Assembly (NCBI RefSeq): GCF_000341395.1
Contig: NC_020304.1
Coordinates: 3,060,001 to 3,092,000 of the forward strand
DNA: 32,000 nt
From: Desulfocapsa sulfexigens DSM 10523
GTDB taxonomy: Bacteria; Desulfobacterota; Desulfobulbia; Desulfobulbales; Desulfocapsaceae
Direction of reading: 5' to 3'
The position numbers and the translations under genes are program-made. Numbering within the stretch: position 1 is the first letter of the stretch; the number at the start of each line of letters is the position of its first letter. Below are positions 17,559 to 26,388 of this stretch, piece by piece. The notes below the pieces were generated by a model. The model worked only from the letters and a program-made list of their open reading frames with translations, did no database searches and was not told the origin of the DNA.

Positions 17559-18506
17559 TTACTGAGGTAACGTTGAAACTGAAGTCATTGTTGCGGACAT
17601 CTCTAAAACCTGATGGTGACGTGGAATTCTTTTGGTTCGAGGAATGGCTGTCCTAAGTTTAAACGCTGAAGAATTAACCGTATCGCTTTGATTGGTTAAT
17701 GCGTGGCCATTCATAATAGTAGCTGGATGGTGATAGAGGTCACATACTTTTTCAGCTGCTCGTAAATCAGCTATGGTGTCAATTTCATACCAGCGGCTGG
17801 CATCAAAGAAAACAGGCGTAAAAGAAAGGCAGCCCTCGTTGACCATATCAGCAAATACGGTCTCATAGTAGCCATTCACCATATTTTGTGAAATTTGGTG
17901 ATCCAGTCTTTCCTTAACAAGTTGCCAGGTCTCAAATGAAAGGCTGTAAATGTTGACGGTTTTATACTGGTTTTCATTGTGTTTATGGGAACCGCAATAA
18001 AATTTTTCAATTTTCCGCTGGTTATTGATTGCTACTGTCGTACCACTCATCCAGGGATGCAAACTCGCGACCGCAATTCGGTCAGGATAAAGCATCCCTT
18101 CAAGCATTTTTGGCTCGAAAACAAGATCACTTTCTATAAGTAGGAAGGGTTCATCTATCATTTTCCGTGCAAGCCATAATGAGTAAATGTTGTTGGTTGA
18201 GTTGTAGAGGGGGCTGGTAATATAATTAATTTCCATACCTCCGGCATGGGTTCCAAGAAAATCACGGATGCAGTCAGCTTGATGGCCAACAACTATAACC
18301 AGACGTTTGAAATTGTGTAGTTGGAGGGAGTGAATCAGCCTCTCAAGAATGGATATTTCATTTACAGAAACAAGGCATTTAGGTGACGTATCGGTCAGAG
18401 GAGAAAGGCGACTACCCGTTCCCGCAGCCAATAAAAGCGCAGTACGGACTTGTTCATTCTTGAGACCGGGATTAATAGTCCTGTCCTTCATATATATTAC
18501 CTTCAA
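17559..18506 (-). CDS. Nucleotidyltransferase (LicC/PntC-like cytidylyltransferase)
   Basis: [77 protein letters not shown]. Confidence 0.88.
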   Translation of the reverse strand: MKVIYMKDRTINPGLKNEQVRTALLLAAGTGSRLSPLTDTSPKCLVSVNEISILERLIHSLQLHNFKRLVIVVGHQADCIRDFLGTHAGGMEINYITSPLYNSTNNIYSLWLARKMIDEPFLLIESDLVFEPKMLEGMLYPDRIAVASLHPWMSGTTVAINNQRKIEKFYCGSHKHNENQYKTVNIYSLSFETWQLVKERLDHQISQNMVNGYYETVFADMVNEGCLSFTPVFFDASRWYEIDTIADLRAAEKVCDLYHHPATIMNGHALTNQSDTVNSSAFKLRTAIPRTKRIPRHHQVLEMSATMTSVSTLPQ

Positions 18507-19007
18507 TTTTATAACCAGACCATGGCAGTGACAACAACTGACAAAAACACGATGCAGTTTAGGGGATGGAAAACTCTTATTATTTTCTGCCGAATACCTG
18601 AAATGAAAAAGTTAAAAGGCACAAAGAACTGGTAGAAAGTGAAACTGGAACAAAGAACAGGTGAAAAGAAATCTTAGAAATGAGGACTGAAAATGGGAGG
18701 TATACGAAAAAAGGGATTCAATTAGCGGAAAACTGTATGCCCAATTCGGGAAAATCAGGACCTACAATAGAGCGATAGCGCAGGTAAGTCAAGGATATTC
18801 TGTTATTTCTGAAATTTCGAAGCTGCAATATTCGGCTAACTTGCCTAATTTGTGGACATTAAAGGACAAATAAAACCTGTGCTGATTAACGTAACTGACA
18901 AAGTACTCCGTATGGAGAAATGGGTTGTAAAAACAAGTCATTGAGAAGATATCAATGACTTGAGCGATTTTCTCGGTCAAATTTCAGGAATAATAGCAAA
19001 TAGTAGT

Positions 19008-20237
19008 TCAGGTAATTTGAGACTCTCGGTTAGGAATCCACATTTGACTGGGATCGGTTTGAATATCGCTAGTAAGATTGCCAGGATCACCTACACGAAT
19101 ATGCCAGGGTTCGAAACGAACTCCAAGTTCGTTTTCCTGTCGATAGCGAAGATCTCGAAGATGGATAAAGCCTTGGGAAAAAAGGGTAACAAAAAGGGGT
19201 GTTGTTATAAACTCTTTGCGAAAATTGTAGGGTTTGAGTTTGCCATTTTTTAAGCCAATATCAAAATCATGTTGAGCGTGCCATGAATAACCTGGAGGGG
19301 CGAGTGACCTGGATGCGGCCGAGAGATTTATAAGATGGAAGCCCTTGTCGAGGACAAATTCTTTTCGTTCATTTCTCTTTAGGATTTCTGGGAGAGATTG
19401 ATTCTTGAGCATGGCAACATCAGCTTCAATTCTATTCCAGTCTTTTTTTAAATCATAGACATGGGCAAGCTGGGGTGTACCACTTTTAAGATCAAGGATC
19501 TTTACTTCACTTTGTCGTGGGACCTGAGTCAACCGGACTGCCTTCCTGAAAAAGAGACGCATCTGTTTTGGTATATTACGGATCCCGGAAGTTACCTGCA
19601 TGTCTGATTGGGAGATTGAATTGTTACCACTACTCAAGTTGTCACTGACCTGTTTTTTGATCCTGAAATATTTTTCCTGGGCCTCTCCTTTTCGAAGAAA
19701 ATTACCGTCTGTTAAGATCAGGTTTTTCGGGTTTATCCGGTAATTCTTGTCGTAAATAACTCGTTCACCATAAAAACCATACGCTTTAGCATCGATCGCA
19801 AATATCTGATCCATGAACTGTTCTTCAAGTTTTGTGAATGGCAGGGTTCTTTCTGGTTTTCCTCCTAAATGTCTTCCTGTATTTCGCTGTTGTCGTGCTG
19901 CATAGGCGACTGTGGGCAAATCAATAAAATTGAAATTGGAGTACCCAACTAGATTCTGTACTTTGCTTAATTTGTTGTAACAAGAATAAATAAGAACCAT
20001 CTGCTCCGGAGTTGCCCAGACATCACCAGGATAGTTTGTGTCCGGATCTTTAATTTTTCTCAACCCGGACAACATTTTTTTATAAATGGCAGCCCGTTGC
20101 TCATCTTCTGATTGACCAAAACAATGTTTGGAATCCAGGAAAAGAGAACTGACCGTTGCCAGGCAGGAAAGTGAAAGAAAGGTTCTTCTATTGAAAGGTT
20201 CTGAAGATGTGTGAGAGAGAAATGATAGAATATCCAT
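19008..20237 (-). CDS. Tat-signal-bearing, M15 (D-Ala-D-Ala carboxypeptidase/VanY)-like hypothetical protein
   Basis: NRRTFLSLSCLATVSSLFL Tat-like signal; APPGYSWHAQHDFDIG and NELGVRFEPWHIRV resemble M15 zinc-ligand motifs. Confidence 0.55.
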   Translation of the reverse strand: MDILSFLSHTSSEPFNRRTFLSLSCLATVSSLFLDSKHCFGQSEDEQRAAIYKKMLSGLRKIKDPDTNYPGDVWATPEQMVLIYSCYNKLSKVQNLVGYSNFNFIDLPTVAYAARQQRNTGRHLGGKPERTLPFTKLEEQFMDQIFAIDAKAYGFYGERVIYDKNYRINPKNLILTDGNFLRKGEAQEKYFRIKKQVSDNLSSGNNSISQSDMQVTSGIRNIPKQMRLFFRKAVRLTQVPRQSEVKILDLKSGTPQLAHVYDLKKDWNRIEADVAMLKNQSLPEILKRNERKEFVLDKGFHLINLSAASRSLAPPGYSWHAQHDFDIGLKNGKLKPYNFRKEFITTPLFVTLFSQGFIHLRDLRYRQENELGVRFEPWHIRVGDPGNLTSDIQTDPSQMWIPNRESQIT

Positions 20238-20619
20238 GATCTATTCTTTTAAGTTCTGTTCGATGCTGACACGTTTTAATAATATATATTATCATTATTG
20301 TGGGGTGACGTCAATTTATTGCAATCCTATGAACTGTTTCATAGTATCGGTAATCTCATGGGAAATGTTAATAGAAAGAATTGGGATTTTTTTAACGGAT
20401 TAAGATTTTAAGAGTAGGAAGGACACTTGTTAACTGGTTGATTAGGGCAGTAAATTTTACAGAGATTGTTATACTGCACTGTTCAACCAATTGAAGACGC
20501 GGCAACAGTAAACTGAGCCCCTCTTTTTTTGAACTTTTTTGGAAGGGGTATGTAAGGGGGGCTGGGAAATGAAAAAGGCTTTCAAAGTCCAGTAACCTTG
20601 AAAGCCTTTGATATCAATG

Positions 20620-20705
20620 GTGCCCGAAGCGAGAATCGAACTCGCACAGCTGCAAGAGCCGAGGGATTTTAAGTCCCTTGCGTCTACCAGTTCCGCCATT
20701 CGGGC
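20620..20705 (-). tRNA. tRNA-Leu (anticodon TAA)
   Basis: Minus strand GCCCGAATGGCGGAACTGGTAGACGCAAGGGACTTAAAATCCCTCGGCTCTTGCAGCTGTGCGAGTTCGATTCTCGCTTCGGGCACCA; class II with variable arm and encoded CCA. Confidence 0.96.
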
Positions 20706-20759
20706 ACGTGGTTGTTTGTAACATAGAGCCGATTTGTTTGTCAATTATCAAAAGGTTTG

Positions 20760-21491
20760 CTAATAGATCATTGATGCATCGTGAACGATTTGTTTCATTT
20801 CCCTTACCGCTTGGTCAAGCCCCACAAAAACAGCACGTGCAATAATAGCATGGCCTATGGAGAGTTCCTCGATGGTGTCAAGTGCAGCTATTCGAGCCGT
20901 GGTCTGGTAATCGAGCCCGTGTCCCGCATTCACTCTTAGTCCCATCTGGTAGGCTTCTTCAGCTGCAGTTGCGATAAGCTGGTATTCTTTTTCCCGATCG
21001 GTTTCGGTGGTGGCATCGCAGTAACGTCCTGTGTGAATTTCCACGTAAGTGGCCCCGATTGAATGGGCTGCTTTTACCTGCTTAACATCAGGATCTATAA
21101 AAAGTGAAACCGGAATTCCAGCATTATCCATACGTTTTATTGTTTTGGCCAATTTCTTTTTTTGACCGACAACATCCAAACCGCCTTCAGTCGTGAGTTC
21201 TTGACGTTTTTCAGGAACCAGGGTTACCATGTCAGGTTTGAGGGAAATGGCTATCTCAATAATTTCTTTATTTGCGCCCATTTCCAGATTCATTCGGGTT
21301 TTTATGGTCTCCCGAAGCAGGCGAACATCACGATCATTGATGTGGCGTCTGTCTTCACGCAAATGAACCACGATTCCGGCTGCACCTGCAAGTTCACATA
21401 TGGCGGCAGCTGCAACAGGATCCGGCTCTGTTATACCACGAGCATTACGAACGGTTGCAACATGATCGACATTGATTGCTAAATTGGTCAT
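20760..21491 (-). CDS. pdxJ: Possible independently initiated PdxJ inside the fusion ORF
   Basis: Internal ATG (21491-21489) at the expected PdxJ N-terminus, with AGGAG at 21503-21499, 7 nt upstream on the minus strand. Confidence 0.6.
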   Translation of the reverse strand: MTNLAINVDHVATVRNARGITEPDPVAAAAICELAGAAGIVVHLREDRRHINDRDVRLLRETIKTRMNLEMGANKEIIEIAISLKPDMVTLVPEKRQELTTEGGLDVVGQKKKLAKTIKRMDNAGIPVSLFIDPDVKQVKAAHSIGATYVEIHTGRYCDATTETDREKEYQLIATAAEEAYQMGLRVNAGHGLDYQTTARIAALDTIEELSIGHAIIARAVFVGLDQAVREMKQIVHDASMIY

Positions 21492-21962
21492 TTGACTACT
21501 CCTGGAATTATGTAATTGGGAAATAAGTTTTTTTTCAAGTTCCCACATGGCAAAGGCCTCGTCTTCAGAACGCTCATGGTCGTATCCGAGAAGGTGGAGG
21601 AGACCATGTGTGAGAAGCCATGTAAGGCGGTCATGAAGGGAGACATCAAGCTCAACTGCTTCCCTCTGGGCAGTTTCGACTGAGATAATAATGTCGCCAA
21701 GTTCTTTTACGGAGGCGACATAGGGGATATCAATTTGATCATTTCCGGAGGAGAAGGGAAAGGAAAGAACATTGGTTGGCCCCTGTTTGTCACGATAATT
21801 GCTGTTCAGCCAGCTGATTTCTTCATCATCGACAAACAGAACAGAAACATCATAATCGGAAACACGATTTTGGCGCATAAGCCATGATGCGCGTCGTTGC
21901 AGGAGTTTTTCGTTTATCCGAAAAAGTGAGGTGTCATAATTAAAAGTAAAATGGGCGCCCAT
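20760..21962 (-). CDS. ybeY-pdxJ: Continuous ORF encoding an endoribonuclease YbeY fused to pyridoxine 5'-phosphate synthase PdxJ
   Basis: N-terminal DVSVLFVDDEEISWLNSNYRDKQGPTNVLSFPF...HGLLHLLGYDH (YbeY); C-terminal LAINVDHVATVRNARG...GANKEIIEIAISLKPDMVTLVPEKRQELTTEGGLDV...VNAGHGLDY (PdxJ). No stop codon between them. Confidence 0.88.
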   Translation of the reverse strand: MGAHFTFNYDTSLFRINEKLLQRRASWLMRQNRVSDYDVSVLFVDDEEISWLNSNYRDKQGPTNVLSFPFSSGNDQIDIPYVASVKELGDIIISVETAQREAVELDVSLHDRLTWLLTHGLLHLLGYDHERSEDEAFAMWELEKKLISQLHNSRSSQMTNLAINVDHVATVRNARGITEPDPVAAAAICELAGAAGIVVHLREDRRHINDRDVRLLRETIKTRMNLEMGANKEIIEIAISLKPDMVTLVPEKRQELTTEGGLDVVGQKKKLAKTIKRMDNAGIPVSLFIDPDVKQVKAAHSIGATYVEIHTGRYCDATTETDREKEYQLIATAAEEAYQMGLRVNAGHGLDYQTTARIAALDTIEELSIGHAIIARAVFVGLDQAVREMKQIVHDASMIY

Positions 21963-21972
21963 GATTTACTGT

Positions 21973-22941
21973 TTATTTGTTTTTTGAATGGGTTTCATAG
22001 GCACCAATAATTTTCTGAACAAGAGGGTGCCGTACCACATCCTGTTTTGAGAAATTGCAGAACTGAATCCCTTCAATGTTTTTAAGAATACCCTTGGCAT
22101 GGATCAATCCGGATTGCTCAGAGCGTGGTAGGTCAACCTGAGTAACATCGCCGGTGATAACGGCTGCTGAGTCAAAACCTATCCGAGTGAGAAACATCTT
22201 CATCTGTTCCCGGGTGGTGTTTTGCGCTTCATCGAGAATAATAAAAGCGTCGTTCAAGGTTCTGCCACGCATAAATGCAAGTGGTGCAATCTCAATAATT
22301 CCCTGCTCAATGTAATCGGCACTTTTGTCAGGGCCAAGCATATCGCTTAGGGCGTCATAAAGAGGACGTAGATAAGGGTTTACCTTCTGGGCAAGGTCAC
22401 CAGGAAGAAAACCGAGTTTTTCTCCAGCTTCAACTGCCGGGCGTGTCAGGATGATTGATCGAACCTGTCCCGTGGTCAGTGCTGAGACTGCCATTGCAAC
22501 AGCAAGATAGGTCTTGCCTGTTCCAGCAGGGCCAATCCCGAAAACAACGTCGTTGTGGCGGATGGCGTCTATGTAATTTTTCTGGTTCTGGGTTTTGGGC
22601 GAAATAATACGGTTCTGAGCAGTAATATATACCTTGTCTAAAAATATTTTAGCAAGTTTTGCCTTTGGGCTTGCTTCGAGAACACGCAGGCCAAAGGCAA
22701 AGTCGGAAGAATATATTTTGAAATCTTTTTTGAGAAGATCGTAGAACTGTTCGAGGAGGTCGGCTGTAAGGTCAACCTCATGTCCGAGGCCGGTGATATG
22801 AACACCATTCCCCCGGACATGAATTTTGACACCGATGTTTTGTTCAACTAACTGGAGATTTTTATTTAATTCTCCATACAGGATGACAGCCAGACTGTTA
22901 TCCGGAAAGGTGAGATCCCTGCTGGTTTTTTTTTCTGCCAT
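21973..22941 (-). CDS. phoH: PhoH-like ATPase (YbeZ family)
   Basis: NDVVFGIGPAGTGKTYLAVAMAV, RSIILTRPAVEAGEKLGFLPGDL, FIILDEAQNTTREQMKMFLTRIG. Confidence 0.95.
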   Translation of the reverse strand: MAEKKTSRDLTFPDNSLAVILYGELNKNLQLVEQNIGVKIHVRGNGVHITGLGHEVDLTADLLEQFYDLLKKDFKIYSSDFAFGLRVLEASPKAKLAKIFLDKVYITAQNRIISPKTQNQKNYIDAIRHNDVVFGIGPAGTGKTYLAVAMAVSALTTGQVRSIILTRPAVEAGEKLGFLPGDLAQKVNPYLRPLYDALSDMLGPDKSADYIEQGIIEIAPLAFMRGRTLNDAFIILDEAQNTTREQMKMFLTRIGFDSAAVITGDVTQVDLPRSEQSGLIHAKGILKNIEGIQFCNFSKQDVVRHPLVQKIIGAYETHSKNK

Positions 22942-22944
22942 CTT

Positions 22945-23829
22945 TCAGTCGGCCTTCTGGGCAAGTTCCTCATCGATAAGTTTCTGGAGTTGTTGTATTA
23001 CGGCTGGTTCTTCCTTACGCTTAAACTTTACACCATTGACAAAAATCGTGGGTGTTCCAGTGACACCAAGTTCCTGAGCGTCCACGAGATCCTCGTTAAC
23101 CTTCTGTTCAATTGCTTCAGATGCCATATCTTTTTTGAATTTGTCTATATCCAGTTCGAGTTTTTTGGCTATCTGGAGGATAGTCGCCGGGTCAAGCTTT
23201 GGGGCGTTATCAAAAAGTTCATCATGAAACTCCCAGAACTTTCCCTGTTCTCCTGCAGCCAGAGCGGCGTAAGCTGCTGGTTTGGCAAATTTATGCATCC
23301 TGAGAGGCATGTTCTTCAGTACTATTTTTACTGTGTCCGGGTTATGCTCAAGCACCTGCTCGAGTAGCGGCGCTATCTGGCCGCAATAGGGGCACTCGAA
23401 ATCAGTAAAAAGAGCAATTGTTACCGGTGCGTTTTCTTTTCCAAGGTAGGGGGATCCAGTGGTATTAACTTTTACCACAAAATCAACTGAAAGATCGGTA
23501 AAGCTGTTGTCTTTTTCGTTAACAAGGTAAAGCTTTTCGCCACGTGGTGCTATGTCGATGGCAGAAACACCTTTTTTAACATTGATTATTCCAAGAAGTT
23601 CACCTGCTACGGCATAGACTAAAACCTGGTTCTGGTTGGTAAGTATAAAAACTTTCCGACCATCGAGTGAGTACACAATGTCAAGTGGTTTACTCGGGAG
23701 TTTCCATGTGTTTTCGACCTCTAGCAGAACCTTTGAGGTTCGCCCGGTTTCAGTAGTAGCAAACACCGGAGAGGTGGAAAGGGAAATCATCAACATGGTA
23801 CAGGCTGCAATACACTGTTTATAATTCAT
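22945..23829 (-). CDS. DsbA-family thiol:disulfide oxidoreductase/isomerase with N-terminal extension
   Basis: APVTIALFTDFECPYCGQIAPLLEQ (CPYC), GVTGTPTIFVNG; signal peptide at the N-terminus. Confidence 0.88.
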   Translation of the reverse strand: MNYKQCIAACTMLMISLSTSPVFATTETGRTSKVLLEVENTWKLPSKPLDIVYSLDGRKVFILTNQNQVLVYAVAGELLGIINVKKGVSAIDIAPRGEKLYLVNEKDNSFTDLSVDFVVKVNTTGSPYLGKENAPVTIALFTDFECPYCGQIAPLLEQVLEHNPDTVKIVLKNMPLRMHKFAKPAAYAALAAGEQGKFWEFHDELFDNAPKLDPATILQIAKKLELDIDKFKKDMASEAIEQKVNEDLVDAQELGVTGTPTIFVNGVKFKRKEEPAVIQQLQKLIDEELAQKAD

Positions 23830-24159
23830 TCTTTCCTCAAGTTAAGGGTAATTGAAAAGGTCAACTTCAGTAGCCAGTATCTATGGTGCCACATTTGAAG
23901 CCGGCTGTCAGATAAAGGGTTGCAAGGGAAAAAACAAAAAGTTTTTCCCAACGCACAAAGATAATAGCCTCTGATAGTTTGTTTGGCAAGCTTCAGGTAA
24001 GGCCTTAGTGAACCATTTACTAAAAAAAACACTAAGAAAAGCTGATTTTTTGTTTTATAGTGCGTATCGGTCTTGACTGTATGCTGGATGTGAATTAATT
24101 ACTAACGGATTGTCAAATTCTTCTTTGATGAATTTTATCAGACCATTCAGTATTGAAAT

Positions 24160-24243
24160 GCGAGGGTGGCGGAATTGGTAGACGCACTGGTCTTAGGAAC
24201 CAGCGCCTTTGGCATGGGGGTTCGAGTCCCCCCTCTCGCACCA
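24160..24243 (+). tRNA. tRNA-Leu (anticodon TAG)
   Basis: GCGAGGGTGGCGGAATTGGTAGACGCACTGGTCTTAGGAACCAGCGCCTTTGGCATGGGGGTTCGAGTCCCCCCTCTCGCACCA. Confidence 0.96.
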
Positions 24244-24348
24244 TTTCATGTTGAACCGAATCTTGTGATTCAAAACATACTAAAAATACAAAAAGTGTTC
24301 TGACTGTAAAATCATAGTCAGGCTAAAATCTTATAAAGGACGGACAGA

Positions 24349-25686
24349 ATGGATGTAGTTGTAGAAGATGTCAGTGCGCTTACAAAGAAAATCACCATTA
24401 CTCTCCCAAAAGACGGGGTGCAGAAAAAACTTGAAAAAGCCTATGGTAAATTGCAGCGCGAAACGAAAATGAAAGGGTTTCGTCGCGGCAAGGTTCCCCG
24501 TACTGTTATAGTTAAACACTATCAGGGGCAGGTACAGGCAGAAGTTGGAGAGAAGCTTGTTCAGGATAGTTATTTTGATGCTATTGAAAAAGAGAAAATT
24601 GATCCTGTTGTACATCCCGAAATTACCGATCCTGTTTTTAATGAGGATGGAACATTCACATTTGTTGCAAGTATAGATATCAGGCCGGACTTCGAGCTTG
24701 GCGAATATAAGGGAATAGAGGTAGAAAAAGTCTCCAATGTGGTAAGTGATGCTGCAGTTGAGATTGAACTCGAAGAGCTTCGCCGTGATATGGCGCCACT
24801 TAAGAGCGTTGAAGACCGTGCCATCGAGAATGGTGATGTTATCGTTGTTGATTTCGAAGGATTCAACAACGGTAAGGCTATGAAAGAGGTCAAAAACGAA
24901 AATTATTCAGTTGATGTCGGAGCAGGAAAGTTAAGTCCCGAATTTGAAGAGAAACTTCTCGGCATGAAAAAGGGCGAAGAAGCCAGTCACGAAGTTGAAT
25001 TTCCTGCTGAATATGTAAATCCTGTGCTGGCTGGGAAAAAGGTTGAGTTTCGGGTCAAGGTTAAAGATGTCAAAGAGCGTGTGCTCCCTGAGTTGGATGA
25101 TAATTTTGCCAAGGATGTAGATGAAAAGTTCACAAGTCTTGCTGAACTGCAGAGTGATATCCGTGCTAAACTCCAGGCTGAAAAAGACAAGCGTGCAGAG
25201 GGTGATACTACTGATAGGGTAATGCTGAAGTTACTCGAAGGCCATGTCTTTGAAGTTCCTGAGCGACTCGTTCGTTTTGAAGTTGAAGAAATGATAAAAA
25301 ATACCGAAAAGACTCTTGAACAACAGGGTATGAATCTTGAGTCTGCGGGGATTAATCGTGAGGAGCTTGCTGCACAAAGCAAAGAAACGGCTGAGAAGCG
25401 TGTGCGCGGCGATTTTATCCTGAAGAAGATCGCAGAAACTGAAGACATCAAAGTAAAAGATGAGGATTTGAACAGGGCTTTTCAACGTATCGGCGATCAA
25501 TACAATATGGCGGTTGCTCAGGTTAAGGAGTTTTTTCAGAGTCGCGACGATTTGCTCCCTTTCATGAATGAAATTCTCAATGAGAAGATTCTTACTTTTT
25601 TGCGTGAGAATGCAAATTTTGTTGATGCGGCACCTGCAGCTAAGGAAGTAGCTGTGGAAGAGGTCAAAACAGAAAGTGCCGACTGA
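24349..25686 (+). CDS. tig: Trigger factor
   Basis: MKGFRRGKVPRTVIVKHYQ ribosome-binding signature and overall domain layout; upstream of clpP-clpX-lon. Confidence 0.97.
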   Translation: MDVVVEDVSALTKKITITLPKDGVQKKLEKAYGKLQRETKMKGFRRGKVPRTVIVKHYQGQVQAEVGEKLVQDSYFDAIEKEKIDPVVHPEITDPVFNEDGTFTFVASIDIRPDFELGEYKGIEVEKVSNVVSDAAVEIELEELRRDMAPLKSVEDRAIENGDVIVVDFEGFNNGKAMKEVKNENYSVDVGAGKLSPEFEEKLLGMKKGEEASHEVEFPAEYVNPVLAGKKVEFRVKVKDVKERVLPELDDNFAKDVDEKFTSLAELQSDIRAKLQAEKDKRAEGDTTDRVMLKLLEGHVFEVPERLVRFEVEEMIKNTEKTLEQQGMNLESAGINREELAAQSKETAEKRVRGDFILKKIAETEDIKVKDEDLNRAFQRIGDQYNMAVAQVKEFFQSRDDLLPFMNEILNEKILTFLRENANFVDAAPAAKEVAVEEVKTESAD

Positions 25687-25730
25687 TAGCTCAGGAGAAA
25701 AAACTGTTTGTGACACGTTTTAATTTATGC

Positions 25731-25769
25731 GACTGCATCTGCCTCTGAGGCATTTGCAGTCTCTTTTTT
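25731..25769 (+). terminator. Possible terminator/attenuator between tig and clpP
   Basis: gactgca...tgcagtc stem with nested gcctctgaggc, followed by tctttttttt. Confidence 0.6.
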
Positions 25770-25784
25770 TTGAAGGAGAGTAAT

Positions 25785-26387
25785 ATGAATCTTGTACCTA
25801 TGGTTGTTGAGCAGAGTCCTCGTGGTGAGCGTTCCTTTGATATTTATTCAAGGTTACTGAGAGAGCGGATTGTTTTCCTTGGAACTTCTGTCGGAGATGA
25901 CGTTACCAGCTCCATTGTTGCCCAGCTGCTCTTCCTTGAAGCCGAGGATCCCGATAAAGATATCACCTTTTATATCAATTCACCTGGCGGATCTGTTACT
26001 GCAGGACTGGCTATCTATGATACCATGCAATACGTTAAATGTGATATTGCAACCCTCTGTATGGGACAGGCCGCCTCTATGGGGGCGTTGCTCCTTGCTG
26101 CAGGTACCGCTGGGAAACGTTATGCCCTCCCAAATTCAAGGATTATGATTCACCAGCCAATGGGCGGGTATCAGGGGCAGGCAAGTGAAATTGATATTCA
26201 CGCTCAGGAAATTCTCCGGATGCGTGACGACCTGAATAAAATCTTAGCTTATCATACTGGGCATACAGTCAAAAAACTCCAAAAGGACACAGATCGTGAT
26301 AATTTCATGAGCCCGCTGGAAGCCCAAAAATATGGTATAATTGACGAAGTACTTAGCAAACGAAAGGACAAACCCGAGGACGAGTAA
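25785..26387 (+). CDS. clpP: ATP-dependent Clp protease proteolytic subunit
   Basis: [68 protein letters not shown]; start at 25785 preceded by gaaggag. Confidence 0.97.
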   Translation: MNLVPMVVEQSPRGERSFDIYSRLLRERIVFLGTSVGDDVTSSIVAQLLFLEAEDPDKDITFYINSPGGSVTAGLAIYDTMQYVKCDIATLCMGQAASMGALLLAAGTAGKRYALPNSRIMIHQPMGGYQGQASEIDIHAQEILRMRDDLNKILAYHTGHTVKKLQKDTDRDNFMSPLEAQKYGIIDEVLSKRKDKPEDE

Positions 26388-26388
26388 T

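Noticed and set aside
18560-18960. Short repeated string acaaagaact(g)gt / acaaagaacaggt as a possible repeat array
   Set aside because: Only two imperfect short copies; no periodic spacing, not CRISPR-like.
18960-19253. 97-aa plus-strand ORF (MSDFLGQISGIIANSSSG...)
   Set aside because: Antisense to the longer, signal-bearing 19008-20237 minus-strand gene; no RBS or family evidence.
24979-25716. Long minus-strand ORFs inside tig (154 and 161 aa)
   Set aside because: Shadow ORFs antisense to a confidently identified trigger factor; low-complexity Ser/Leu/Phe composition typical of antisense frames.
26341-26388. Upstream extension of the clpX ORF ([16 protein letters not shown]...)
   Set aside because: It overlaps the end of clpP out of frame. 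The canonical ClpX N-terminus begins at 26389, so the extension is not believed.
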